Source of the DNA: an uncultured Rivularia sp.
GTDB taxonomy: Bacteria; Cyanobacteriota; Cyanobacteriia; Cyanobacteriales; Nostocaceae
Assembly (NCBI GenBank): GCA_963665115.1
Contig: OY762007.1
Span: 1,760,001 to 1,824,000 of the forward strand
Direction of reading: 5' to 3'
Length of the DNA stretch: 64,000 nucleotides
A program made the position numbers and the translations under genes. The notes below the pieces were generated by a model. The model saw only the letters and a list, made by a program, of their open reading frames with translations, ran no database searches and had not been told where the DNA came from. Below, piece after piece: positions 21,675-32,511 of this stretch (position 1 is the first letter of the stretch; each line of letters starts with the position of its first letter).

Positions 21675-22716
21675 TTACTCTGGAAAAACTTTCACGGCAT
21701 CATCTGCTATTGATATTTTTACAAATGTTCCTTCAGGTATTATTGTATCCGTCATTGTTCTGGCATGAATTTCTCTACCGGAAGGAGTTTCTAAACAATA
21801 GCGGTATTCTCTTCCTAAAAATCGCCGTTTGGTAATCTTTACTTGAGAATCTGTATCTGGTTTTAAAATACAATCTTCTTGGCGAATCATTACTTCACCT
21901 TTCTTCTGGCTATGATTTTCCTCAATCTCAAAACAACCAATTTCAGTTTGCCAATCATTACCTTGACGACGGGCTGGTAAAAAGTTGGCTTGAGTGACAA
22001 ATTCTGCGACAAAACGCGATGCCGGATGGCTGTAAATTTCTTCTGGGGTGCCTATTTGTTCTAAGTTTCCCTGACGCATCACTCCTACTACATCTGCGAT
22101 AGCGAGAGCTTCTTCTTGATCGTGAGTAATAAAAACTGCCGAAGTTCCAGCAAGTTTGAGAATATCTCGAATTTCTTCTCGCAACTGCAATCTAACTTGG
22201 ATATCAAGATTAGACAATGGTTTCATCCAAAAGCATTAATTTTGGTTTGGGTGCTAAAGCACGGGCTAAAGCAACTCGTTGTTGCTGCCCCCCGGAAAGT
22301 TCGTAAGGATAACGTTTTTCTAAAGTTTCTAAGCTTACCAATTTTAAAACTTCCGAAACCCGTTGTTTAACTTGATGTTTATTCAAGTTTTTTAACCCAA
22401 AAGCAACGTTTTCCGCTACCGTCAGATGTGGGAAAAGTGCGTAATCCTGAAACACAATACCAATATCACGTTTTTCTGGTGGTACCCAATCAGTCGGAGA
22501 GCAAACTTTCTGTTCCCCAATTTGAACTTTTCCAGTTTGCGGAAATTCAAAACCACCAATTATTCGTAACAAAGTTGTCTTACCGCAACCCGAAGGACCA
22601 ACTAAAGCTAGTATATCTCCTTCTTGCAATGTCAAAGAGACATTATTCACCGCAGGAATCTTACTTTCTGCAAAGGTTTTAGTTATAGTTTGTAAGCTGA
22701 GAATTTCTTTTTGCAT
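21675..22716 (-). CDS. futC: Fe3+ ABC transporter ATPase (frameshift ~22222, A-run)
   Basis: GPSGCGKT, LSGGQQQRVALARA; LLDE/PLSNLD is split by one extra A; TOBE-like C-terminus. Confidence 0.85.
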
Positions 22717-23027
22717 TTTACAATAATTGGGAAGGGGTAATGGGTAATTGGGGATTGGTAATTAGCAATTAATAATTAATAAGCTTTTATACATATTTAC
22801 TCAATTTTTAGACCTAGCTTATATTTTGTTTATATCTGATTTATCGACGATTGGAATTAATCAAAAATCAAGGAGAATCTTGAATTTATAAGTTTACTCA
22901 TAAAAATTATTATTTTGTAAATAAGCAATGGTTTTATCTCTGTAAAAAAGAATAAATAAATCTAATCAAATAAAATGAATTGTAATTTATCCTCAGTTAT
23001 AAAAGTAGAACAAGAATCAGCTATTTT

Positions 23028-24614
23028 TCAGGATTTTTTATTAGCTTTCTCTTGAGATAACACAAAAAATGTTGAAGTCATAGATACTATTAATATCATC
23101 AACGAAGCTGCTGCTGCATCGGCAAAATCCACATTTTCTGTTGCTTTCCAAGTTTCTACTGCGAGGGTATCAAAGCCTATAGGCGATAACAGCATAGTGG
23201 CGGGTAATTCTTTCATTGCTGTCAGAAATACTAATACGGTACCGCTTAAAATACCCGGACTTACTAAAGGTAATGTGACTTCTTTTAATGTTTGCCAGGA
23301 TGATTTACCTAAACTACGCGCAGCTTCTTCTATTTGAGGATTTACTTGTAATAAAGAAGTACGAACGGTTCCGATTGATTGCTGCAAAAATAATATCAAA
23401 TATGCAAAAATCAACATCGGTAAAGTTTGGTACAAAAATGGTAAATAATTAGCACCAAAAAAGACTAATGATAGAGCTACAACTATTCCGGGTACGCCAA
23501 AACAAATATAAGTTGCACGTTCAACTATAGCAATAATTTTAGAAGGAAACCTTACCGACAATATGGCGATTGGTAATGCAAATAAAGTCGTGATAATTGC
23601 TGCTAAACCGGCTGCGGTGATTGAATTCAAAGTTGGTTTTAGTAAATCAACAAATTCGTATTCAGTTAATAATCCTTGAATTAACCAAAATACTATGGTG
23701 ATTACGGGTAGCACCACACCCAAAAAAGTAATTACCGCGCAAAAAAGCAAAGCTGGCAACTTCCATTTTCCTAACTTAACCAATTTCCCCGGACGAAATG
23801 ATGAGGTTCCGCGAGTATAATAAGCAGCACGGGAACGCATTCGATATTCTAGCCACAACATTAACATTACTATTGTTACTAGCACCAAAGATAAAGCCGC
23901 TGCTGCATCGCGGTTAAAGCTGGCTTGATATTGGATATAAATTGCCTGGGTAAAAGCATCAAACTGCATTAAAGAAGGAGTACCAAAGTCTCGCAAAGCG
24001 TACAAAGCTACTAACAATCCCCCGGCAATTAATGATGGATACAATTGTGGTAAAACAACTTTGATAAAAGTATCTCTACTGTTGTAACCCATACTGCGAG
24101 CCGCTTCTTCCAAAGAAGGATCTAATCCTTGCAACGCCGAACGCAGACTTAACAACATATAGGGATAAGTAAACAAAGTTAATGCAAGAATTGCCCCAAA
24201 CCAACCATAAATAGAAGGTAATTCTTCCACACCCAAAGGTGCGAGTAGAAGTTGCAGAAAACTACCCCTCGGTGCAAAAGCCCCAATTAGCGCAAAACTC
24301 CCAACATAACTGGGAACAGCCAAAGGTAATGTAGTTGCTATCAACCAAAAACGTCGCTTTGGTAAATCCGTTCGCACCGTTAAAAATGCCAAAGGAACCG
24401 AAATTAAAGCAGATAACAGCGCAACAGCCGCCATTAAAACAATACTATTAAACAAAATTATCTGATTTTGCTGGCGGGTAAATAATTGCAGTAACTCTTC
24501 CCCACCAGCATAAGCCGCACGAATCACCAGATAAAACAACGGTAAAGCGATCGCAATTGCTACTACCACTGCTGCGACACTCAGAAATAACGGAGGGCGA
24601 GCCGCCTTTGACAC
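23028..24614 (-). CDS. futB: Fe3+ ABC transporter permease
   Basis: Duplicated permease with two EEAARS.G motifs; follows futA. Confidence 0.9.
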   Translation of the reverse strand: MSKAARPPLFLSVAAVVVAIAIALPLFYLVIRAAYAGGEELLQLFTRQQNQIILFNSIVLMAAVALLSALISVPLAFLTVRTDLPKRRFWLIATTLPLAVPSYVGSFALIGAFAPRGSFLQLLLAPLGVEELPSIYGWFGAILALTLFTYPYMLLSLRSALQGLDPSLEEAARSMGYNSRDTFIKVVLPQLYPSLIAGGLLVALYALRDFGTPSLMQFDAFTQAIYIQYQASFNRDAAAALSLVLVTIVMLMLWLEYRMRSRAAYYTRGTSSFRPGKLVKLGKWKLPALLFCAVITFLGVVLPVITIVFWLIQGLLTEYEFVDLLKPTLNSITAAGLAAIITTLFALPIAILSVRFPSKIIAIVERATYICFGVPGIVVALSLVFFGANYLPFLYQTLPMLIFAYLILFLQQSIGTVRTSLLQVNPQIEEAARSLGKSSWQTLKEVTLPLVSPGILSGTVLVFLTAMKELPATMLLSPIGFDTLAVETWKATENVDFADAAAASLMILIVSMTSTFFVLSQEKANKKS

Positions 24615-24639
24615 TTTTTTATACTCCTGTTTTTATGGG

Positions 24640-24737
24640 GAATTGGGGAATTGGGGATTGGGAGAGGGGGTAGAGGGGGTAGAGGGGGTAGAGGGGGGAG
24701 AGGGGGTAGAGGGGGTAGAGGGGGTAGAGGGGGAGAG
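24640..24737. repeat. G-rich tandem repeat (GGGGGTAGA)n with heptamer STRRs
   Basis: Seen directly, between futA and futB. Confidence 0.9.
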
Positions 24738-24812
24738 ACAAGGTGAAATTGATTCCTAACTCGCTACTTACTACTCATTACTCATTACTCTTAACTCCTA
24801 ACCTTTAACCTG

Positions 24813-25814
24813 TTAAACGATTCCTGCTTTTTCTAGTAACTTTAAGGTTTCGTCTAAGCTATCAAGTTTGGATAAGTCAATATTAGGGGGATTCAATTTA
24901 TCTAAAGGCACTAAGGATTTGTCGGCTTCTACTCCTTTTGCCAAAGGATACTCGTTTGTTTGGGAAGCAAAGTATTTTTGTGCTGCCGGACTTACCATAT
25001 ACTTGATAAATGCTTGAGCATCTTCTGGTTGATCGGTGGATTTAAGTATTGCGAACCCTGCAACGTTAACCATTGCACCTGCATCCCCATTGGTGAAGTG
25101 ATGTGCTACGGGGAAATTTGGATCGTCTTTCGTAAAACGAGGTAGATAATAGTGATTCACCAATCCTACATGAATTTCACCCCGTCCTAAAGCCTTGACT
25201 ATTGACGTATTGTTACCGTATTTCTTGACATCGTTGGCTTTCATTGCTTTGAGCCATTCCAATGTTCTTTCATCACCTTCTATAATCCGCATTCCCGTAA
25301 CAAATGACTGAAACGAACCATTTGTTGGTGCCCAAGCAACTTTACCGCGCCATTTTGGTTGGGTTAATTCCCACACATCTTTCGGCAACTCGCTTACTTT
25401 AACTAAGTTCGTATTATAATCAACCACGCGAGCGCGTCCAGAAACTCCGATCCAATTCCCCGTAGGTGAACGGAAGCGAGAATCTACTTCTTCAAGGATC
25501 TCCGACGGAATCGGTTGAGTTCGTTGCTTCTGCTCTAAAGCACCTAAAGCTCCCGCATCCTGTCCCAAGAATACGTCAACTTTACTATTTTCGCCTTCTT
25601 CTAAAAGCGCGATTGTTAACTCAGAGGTTTTTCCGTAGCGCACTTTAATATCTAAGTTCAAGTCTTTGGAAGCTTGTTCGAGTAGGGGGGAAACTAGCTT
25701 CTTGTTTCTACCGGAATAAACAATAAGACTTTTAGAATTATCGCTTTGTGCTTCACACCCCGCGCTGATGACTAAGGAAGCAATCAATCCCGCTAATAAA
25801 AATTTTTGTCGCAT
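24813..25814 (-). CDS. futA: Fe3+-binding lipoprotein
   Basis: Lipobox SAGC; VYSGR, GRARV, TNGSFQSFV, VNHYY (paired Tyr iron ligands). Confidence 0.9.
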   Translation of the reverse strand: MRQKFLLAGLIASLVISAGCEAQSDNSKSLIVYSGRNKKLVSPLLEQASKDLNLDIKVRYGKTSELTIALLEEGENSKVDVFLGQDAGALGALEQKQRTQPIPSEILEEVDSRFRSPTGNWIGVSGRARVVDYNTNLVKVSELPKDVWELTQPKWRGKVAWAPTNGSFQSFVTGMRIIEGDERTLEWLKAMKANDVKKYGNNTSIVKALGRGEIHVGLVNHYYLPRFTKDDPNFPVAHHFTNGDAGAMVNVAGFAILKSTDQPEDAQAFIKYMVSPAAQKYFASQTNEYPLAKGVEADKSLVPLDKLNPPNIDLSKLDSLDETLKLLEKAGIV

Positions 25815-26041
25815 TTTTTTATCTTTTTCTCCAGTAAAACAATTAGCTGTTTCGGGTTAAGTCATCAAGACATCATGTATAACATCTATGTGCAAGCAGT
25901 ACATCATAACGCTCAAAAGCTCGTCATTAGTACTATAAAAGCATCAAGAAAAATTAATGCAATCGCCACCGTAGTTTTTTCTACTTGGCGATCGCCTTCT
26001 ATATGATTTCTCTGTAGCTTCACTCAATAGCTGTTATTAAC

Positions 26042-26054
26042 GATAACATTTATC
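26042..26054. promoter_or_regulatory. Putative Fur box upstream of futABC
   Basis: GATAA-CAT-TTATC palindrome. Confidence 0.5.
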
Positions 26055-26523
26055 AACAATTCTGTAATGTATAACGAGTAAATTTGAGTGTAAACCCGCA
26101 AAGTTTAGGAGATTGCAATTCGATACGCGCTCGCGATGCGTGTATTGAGAAAAAGAAGCAGATTAAACCGATGTTCCTCCGGCTTTTAAACAGAATTAAT
26201 CGCCAATAAGCTGTTTTTCAACTTGAGAATAGCACAATAGAGTTAGAAGGTAATAGCGTTGCATGACTTTATTTAGCCAGCCAAGAACGAAAAATAATTG
26301 GCGATCGCACTCGCATCAAGATCATTTTTATAATCCGCTTCCTCTGTAGCTAGAAGCCTGTATGATGCAATACATCTGATGTACAAAAAATTATCTATAA
26401 TAATTTGCAATAAGTTTCAAGGTATTATATAAAGTGATTAATGACTTGCAGATTGTAAATTACGAGGGATAGCTGGAATTCAATCGATGAACAAACAAAC
26501 TAAATTTTTGATATATATTAGGA

Positions 26524-27030
26524 ATGAAAATAGCAAAAGCAAAAGCGGCATATGCTTTTTTAATTAATAGTGTGAGAACGGTAGTATTAGGAACAGTGAG
26601 CGCTGAGAATACGCCTAATGTCAGTTACGCACCTTTTATTATGGATGAAGCTAAAAATATTTATATTTTTGTCAGTAAGCTTTCTATTCATACTGATAAT
26701 CTTCAAGCTAATCCAAAAGCCAGCGTAATGTTAGTTGAAGATGAAGCTAAAAGTAAACAAATTTTTGCTCGTCGTCGCTTGACTTATTCCTGTAATGCTA
26801 CTGCTATTGATAAAAACTGTACAGAATGCAAGCATATCGCCAATCAATTTGAGAAAAGATTCGGAAATATTGTTTATATGTTCCGTAGCTTACCAGATTT
26901 TAATATTATTAAATTTACGCCCTATGAAGGTATTTTCATAATGGATTTTGGTTCGGCTTATAAAATAAAATCTGATGACTTAAATCATCTTATTTATATT
27001 GCAGAAGATGAAAATAATGAAGCTAGCTAA
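26524..27030 (+). CDS. HugZ/HutZ-like PNPOx-fold heme utilisation protein
   Basis: PNVSYAPF, YIFVSKLSIHTDNL, SVMLVEDE...IFARRRL, LPDF. Confidence 0.85.
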   Translation: MKIAKAKAAYAFLINSVRTVVLGTVSAENTPNVSYAPFIMDEAKNIYIFVSKLSIHTDNLQANPKASVMLVEDEAKSKQIFARRRLTYSCNATAIDKNCTECKHIANQFEKRFGNIVYMFRSLPDFNIIKFTPYEGIFIMDFGSAYKIKSDDLNHLIYIAEDENNEAS

Positions 27031-27222
27031 TTGATTAATATTAATCAAATGATTTTTATATTTTTATGATGAATAAATCAATTCTATAACAATCTATTAT
27101 TTATCATCGTGTAATTTAATTTTTGATTATCTTCCGAAGATGGAAAAAGTTAGGTAATGGATGCATTCATAAATAGTATGTGTAAGTTTTTAGGATATAT
27201 TTGAAAAATTTTTGCAAGATAC

Positions 27223-27239
27223 TTGATATAACTTATCAA
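27223..27239. promoter_or_regulatory. Putative Fur box with adjacent -10 element
   Basis: TTGATA-TAACT-TATCAA perfect arms, followed by TACTAT. Confidence 0.5.
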
Positions 27240-27772
27240 TAATTGTACTATATCAAGAATATTGTAATGAGCAAATATCAGCAGAAATGAAAACTATCTT
27301 ACGTTTGTTTGAATGTAGAATCATTCTTCACAGAGGGACAAGTTGCTGCTAAACCTTATAGTTCGTTCTATTAATGCTAAACAGCGAGACGCAATAGTTG
27401 ATGCTTTGAGAAAAACTCGTAATAGCTTGGGTATTGAAGCGTAATCTATATTTACATTTATACATATTCAGATTTAGTTACAGCCTCTGGGATAGATATA
27501 CTCTTTCACCAATTACCAGAGGCCCTTTTTTAATCTTTCACTTTTGACTTATAAATCAATTCAGACAACGCTCGGCAGCGACGTAAATTTAGCATCTTTA
27601 ATATTTAGTTAAGAACAATAAAAAATTGATTATCTATTTGTAGCCTATATTTCTTGCTTATTTGAGTTAATGCCACTTACTATCAATTAAAATGCCCGTT
27701 CTTACAAATATCTGGCTGTGTTTAAGCAGTAGATATTGACTGACTAATAAAGCCGAAAAACTTCTAATTAAA

Positions 27773-27892
27773 TTGGTAAGGAGTCTGGGAATCAATTCAA
27801 AATCAGTTGCTTTGTTTCTAGCTTTGGGTTTAGCTGCAAGTATTACTGCTTGTAGTGGGGCTGATGTCGGTGGTGAAGGTGGAGAAGGCTAA
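27773..27892 (+). CDS. Tiny lipoprotein with acidic GGEGGEG tail (start uncertain)
   Basis: (M)VRSLGINSKSVALFLALGLAASITA-CSGADVGGEGGEG*; lipobox; AAGGAG lies 7 nt before the in-frame ATC at 27791. Confidence 0.7.
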   Translation: MVRSLGINSKSVALFLALGLAASITACSGADVGGEGGEG

Positions 27893-28011
27893 AAACCTTT
27901 AAAAATAGTCTTTTTTTTGGATGTGTCTTGAATATTTAACAGCCATCATGCTAGCTAGTATTGGCTGTTTTTTCTATCCCGATGTTTATTTAATTTTGTG
28001 TGAGGAGAGAA

Positions 28012-29505
28012 GTGAAAAATATCTGGAAAACTTTATTAGCAAGTCCATCTGTTTTAGTTGCGACTTTGATTTTAAACGCTACATCAGTTGCAGCACAAAC
28101 GGCAGCAACATCGGAAAATATTCAAGAAGAAACAAGGGCGCAGGTAACTTCTGTATCTCAATTTTCTGATGTACAGCCTACAGATTGGGCATTTCAATCA
28201 TTACAGTCTTTAGTAGAGCGTTACGGCTGTATTGCTGGATATCCAAACAGCACTTTTCGCGGTAATCGAGCATTAACAAGATATGAATTCGCTGCGGGTT
28301 TGAATGCTTGTTTGGATAGAATTAACGAACTAATAGCTGCTGGAAACAGCAATGCAGGTGGCGAAGACTTAAGCACTATCAAAAGATTGCAGTCAGAATT
28401 TTCTTCTGAATTAGCAACATTGCGCGGTAGGGTGGATGCAGTTGAAGCTAAAACCGCTCAAATCGAAGCAAATCAATTCTCTACAACTACCAAGTTAGAG
28501 GGAGAAGTTGTTATTGCTGCAACTGATGTTTTTGAGGGTAATACTGCAAACAAAAACACGACTTTAGGTACAAGAGCGCGGATTAATTTCGTTACCAGTT
28601 TCACGGGTAAAGATACTTTATACACTCGCATCCAAGCTAATAATATTCCCGATACCGACGAGATTCCTTTAGCCTTCGCTGGCGATAGTGATACCAATGC
28701 TTACTTAGACGGATTATGGTATAGTTTCCCGTTAACAAAAAGTACTAATGTCATCGCGATCGCCAATGCAGGTGCAGCGGATGACGTGGTAGATACCGTT
28801 AACCAATTTGATGGAGATGGAGCAAGTGGAGCCTTATCTAAATTTGGTACTCGCAACTCAATCTATTATCAAATGGATGGTTCTGGATTGGGAATTACTC
28901 AAGAGTTGGGGAAGAGTTTATCATTCAGTTTAGGGTATTTAGCTAGTGAAAATAACGACTCCAGCCAAGGAAGCGGTATATTTAATGGTCCCTACGGTGC
29001 TTTAGCGCAACTAACTTTTGAACCCAGCAAGCGTTTTAAAGTTGGTTTAACTTACATCAATGCTTATAATCAAGGTTTAGATGCTCAAGGTGTGAATTTA
29101 GGTTCATCCTATGAAAGCGATTCTTACGGTGTTCAAGCAACATTGGGTTTAGGCGATAACTTGGTATTAGGAGGCTGGGGAGGCTACACAAATACTCGCA
29201 GCTTGGCTTCGAGTGGAGATGCAGATATCTGGAATTGGGCTGTTACTTTAGGATTACCCGACTTTGGTAAAAAAGGTAATTTGGCTGGGGTGATTTTTGG
29301 GATGAATCCTAAAGTTACAAATTCGAGTATTGCTGGTTTAAACGAAGATCCAGATACTTCCTATCACATCGAAGGATTTTATCAGCACAAGGTAAATGAT
29401 AATATCAGCATTACTCCAGGGGTTATTTGGGTAACAGCACCCGGTAACAACAGTAACAATGATGAAGCGTTGGTTGGTACTCTTAGAACTACCTTTACTT
29501 TTTAA
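28012..29505 (+). CDS. SLH-domain / OprB-type outer-membrane porin (iron-uptake porin family)
   Basis: QVTSVSQFSDVQPTDWAFQSLQSLVERYGCIAGYP, QFSTTTKL, terminal LRTTFTF; GAGGAG before the GTG. Confidence 0.93.
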   Translation: MKNIWKTLLASPSVLVATLILNATSVAAQTAATSENIQEETRAQVTSVSQFSDVQPTDWAFQSLQSLVERYGCIAGYPNSTFRGNRALTRYEFAAGLNACLDRINELIAAGNSNAGGEDLSTIKRLQSEFSSELATLRGRVDAVEAKTAQIEANQFSTTTKLEGEVVIAATDVFEGNTANKNTTLGTRARINFVTSFTGKDTLYTRIQANNIPDTDEIPLAFAGDSDTNAYLDGLWYSFPLTKSTNVIAIANAGAADDVVDTVNQFDGDGASGALSKFGTRNSIYYQMDGSGLGITQELGKSLSFSLGYLASENNDSSQGSGIFNGPYGALAQLTFEPSKRFKVGLTYINAYNQGLDAQGVNLGSSYESDSYGVQATLGLGDNLVLGGWGGYTNTRSLASSGDADIWNWAVTLGLPDFGKKGNLAGVIFGMNPKVTNSSIAGLNEDPDTSYHIEGFYQHKVNDNISITPGVIWVTAPGNNSNNDEALVGTLRTTFTF

Positions 29506-29587
29506 TATTTCACCTTAATTCTAATAGGTTTGTAGTAATGATTTTAGTCCTTAATCTCAGGGCTAAAGCCCTTACTACGAGCCTTAA

Positions 29588-30562
29588 TTACTGTTCAAAA
29601 CTAACACATTCTTCCAACCAATCGATCATCTTTTGGGCATCTAAATTTTGTCCGATAAAAACTAATTGATTCGATGGAGTTGTTGTCCATTCATCTCTTT
29701 GAAAATTACAGCGTTTACCGCTAAGCTGGAAAATATGTCGGAGTTTACTTCCTTGATACCAGATAATCCCTTTTGCTCTAAATACTGTTTTTGGTAATTG
29801 TTCGTCTAAGAATTTATTAAACTTTTCAACACTTAAAGGTTTATCACTTTGGAAGGAAACGGACATGAAATTATCTTCTTTCAACCGATTGGTAGAAGAT
29901 GATTCAATACTATACTGTAAAGACGAAAGTGAAAGTGTTTTAAAATTAGAATCACCCACATCTAAAATTAAAGGTAAAGAAACTTTTCCGTATTCACAAC
30001 GGATAATTTTGGCATCGACTTTAATTGAATTAATATATTCTTCAACTTCCTCAAGTTGCACTGACGATACTAAATCTATTTTATTTAATAAAACAATATC
30101 GGCATAAATAACCTGTTCTACAGCAATTTTGCTATCAAAGTTATTAGAATTAAAATTTTCTGCATCAACAACTGTTAAAATAGAATCTAAACGAGTTACA
30201 TCCCTTAAATTACTGCTGGTAAAAGTCATCATCAAAGGTACGGGTTCGGCTAAACCAGTTGTTTCGATAACTATATAATCAATATTATGACTTTCTAAAA
30301 CTTTATTTACAGCTTCTATCAAACTAGCATTAATAGTACAGCAAATACAGCCGTTACTGAGAAGCATCATATCTTCATCAATAGAGACTAAAAGCTGACT
30401 ATCAATATTTATTTCCCCAAACTCGTTGACTAAAACAGCTATTTTTAGATTTTGACGATTGGTCAAAATTTGATTTAATAAAGTAGTTTTACCACTTCCG
30501 AGAAAACCTGTGATTATTGTCACTGGTGTTTTTTGTTGGGAAAGTTCAATGATTGAGGTCAT
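29588..30562 (-). CDS. COG0523/CobW metallochaperone GTPase
   Basis: GFLGSGKTT, NEFGE, GCICC, ETTGLA, NKID, RAKG, LVFIG; lacks a His-rich insert. Confidence 0.92.
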   Translation of the reverse strand: MTSIIELSQQKTPVTIITGFLGSGKTTLLNQILTNRQNLKIAVLVNEFGEINIDSQLLVSIDEDMMLLSNGCICCTINASLIEAVNKVLESHNIDYIVIETTGLAEPVPLMMTFTSSNLRDVTRLDSILTVVDAENFNSNNFDSKIAVEQVIYADIVLLNKIDLVSSVQLEEVEEYINSIKVDAKIIRCEYGKVSLPLILDVGDSNFKTLSLSSLQYSIESSSTNRLKEDNFMSVSFQSDKPLSVEKFNKFLDEQLPKTVFRAKGIIWYQGSKLRHIFQLSGKRCNFQRDEWTTTPSNQLVFIGQNLDAQKMIDWLEECVSFEQ

Positions 30563-30909
30563 AACTATAGAAATTCGGTTTAATTCCCGTAACTATTTGT
30601 ATGTTGAGGGAACGGGGAACGGGAAACTAGAATAAACTTAAAGTTGGATTGCTATATGATTAATTACAGCAAATGTTTTTACTTCCAAACAAGAGGTCTA
30701 TATTAATCCTAGATGATTTTTAATCAATTGAGATGCCCAGAAACCCGGTTTGATCAAAAAACCGGGTTTCTTCATTTGGCTTAACAGTATATATTATCCT
30801 AAAAATCTGAATTTAAAAGTTTGCAGCTATCGCTGTTTCCTTTTTTTGAATTCTTTGTTTACCTCTCCTTGTACGGAAGAACTATTAAGTATTATTTTGA
30901 GATTTACAA

Positions 30910-31105
30910 ATACCGTATTATAACCTCAGCCTTACCAACCTTGGAGGTGCCGATTTCAAAAATGCTAACTTGAGCGGTGCTGACTTAAGTTACGCTAATC
31001 TTAGAGATGCTGTAAATTTAACATTACTAACAGGTTAAAGCAGCTAATAACTGGGTTAAAGCAGACTACGCTCCAGAATTTCGTAAACAATTGGGTTTAT
31101 CTTGA
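30910..31105 (+). pseudogene. 3' remnant of a pentapeptide-repeat gene
   Basis: NLSLTNLGGADFKNANLSGADLSYANLRDAVNLT / QVKAANNWVKADYAPEFRKQLGLS*; no start codon found. Confidence 0.6.
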
Positions 31106-31270
31106 TTCAAAAATAATGAAATAGTTAGCCAAATAGAAATATCAAAAAAATCTTTCCAGTAACTGTTTTTAAAGATTAAACGAAATATTATGTGGTTGAA
31201 ATGCAGTTTTGTGAAACTTCTGTGAAGTTGTTTGAGCAAGACTGAGCCTTCTTTCAGGAGACAGCAGTAG

Positions 31271-32437
31271 ATGCTTCGCCACATATTTACTAAAACTCCC
31301 ATAGCTCTAAGACAGTTGATGAAAGAAAAAAACTGTTTTGGAATTGCTGTGGCTGGTATTGCTTTCGCAAATATTCTAATGTTCTCTCAAATGGGCTTTG
31401 AAGCCTCATTATTTGATAGTTCAACCGCACCACACAAAAGTCTAAATGCCGATTTAGTAGTAGTTAATCGCTACTTTGAGTCTATATATTCAGTCAAAAA
31501 CTTTCCCCGACGACGTTTATATCAAGTTCTAGGATTTGAAGGAGTAGAATCTGTTAGTCCTTTGTACATCAGTTCCGGAAAGTGGAAAAATCCGCAAACT
31601 CTTCACAGCCAGACTATTTTGATATTCGGTACCGATCCGCGTACCACAGCATTTAAGTCTGCTCAAGTCAATCGAAATATCTCTGAATTACAGAAGCCGA
31701 ACACGGTATTATTCGACCAAACATCCTTACCCATATTTGGTCCTATAGGCACTTTATTTCAACAACAATCAAACGTTGAAACCGAACTCAATGGCTCGAA
31801 AATTCAAGTTCGTGGCTTGTTTAACTTAGGTGCATCTTTCGCAGCCTATGGCAACGTAATTACCAGCGATACAACATATTTACACTTATTCCCTCAGTCT
31901 TCTGTCACTAAAGTTAAACTTGGTTTGGTCAAACTTAAAAGCGATGTCGATATTAACCAAGTTCGTAAAAACTTAGAAACTGCTTTACCTAAAGACGTAA
32001 AAATTTTTACAGTCTCAACTTTTCAAGCCGCAGAAAAAGCTTATTGGGCAAAAACTACACCCATCGGTTTTGTATTTGGCTTTGGTGTAATTATCGCCTT
32101 TCTTGTAGGTACTATGGTGGTGTATCAAATTATGTATTCCGATGTCGCCACCCATTTACCGCAATATGCCACCCTCAAAGCAATGGGATATCGCGATCGC
32201 TATTTGATAGGGGTATTAATGCAAGAATCATTAATATTAGCGATATGCGGCTACATCCCAGCGTTCGCAGTATCTTGGCTAATATACGATCTTGCTGCTT
32301 TCCTGACGCTGCTACCTATTTATATGACTCTTCAAAGAGGTATTATGGTATTTCTATTAACAGTAACTATGTGCTTAATTTCCGGGTTAACAGCAATAAG
32401 AAAGTTACAATCTGCCGATCCTGCCGATGTATTTTAG
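31271..32437 (+). CDS. devC: DevC-family ABC exporter permease
   Basis: KTPIALRQL, ILMFSQMGF, VYQIMYSDV..HLPQYATLKAMGY, RKLQSADPADVF. Confidence 0.88.
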   Translation: MLRHIFTKTPIALRQLMKEKNCFGIAVAGIAFANILMFSQMGFEASLFDSSTAPHKSLNADLVVVNRYFESIYSVKNFPRRRLYQVLGFEGVESVSPLYISSGKWKNPQTLHSQTILIFGTDPRTTAFKSAQVNRNISELQKPNTVLFDQTSLPIFGPIGTLFQQQSNVETELNGSKIQVRGLFNLGASFAAYGNVITSDTTYLHLFPQSSVTKVKLGLVKLKSDVDINQVRKNLETALPKDVKIFTVSTFQAAEKAYWAKTTPIGFVFGFGVIIAFLVGTMVVYQIMYSDVATHLPQYATLKAMGYRDRYLIGVLMQESLILAICGYIPAFAVSWLIYDLAAFLTLLPIYMTLQRGIMVFLLTVTMCLISGLTAIRKLQSADPADVF

Positions 32438-32511
32438 ATGTATTTTAAATCTTGTATCCTGCAAGGTATTGTAAAAAGCACTCTAGTAGTCTAAGTTTGC
32501 TTTGTTGAGGA

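Noticed and set aside
22210..22226. Programmed frameshift in futC
   Set aside because: The break falls in the conserved DEPLSNLD motif, there is no slippery heptamer, and it matches the window-wide indel pattern.
24640..24737. G-quadruplex regulator between futA and futB
   Set aside because: G-rich tandem repeats are common intergenic STRR-type sequences in these genomes; nothing here indicates a function.
30575..30630. Possible cobalamin riboswitch ahead of the COG0523 gene (TTCCCGTAACT, GGGAA)
   Set aside because: Wrong orientation for the gene, core elements missing, and GGGAACG is a local heptamer repeat.
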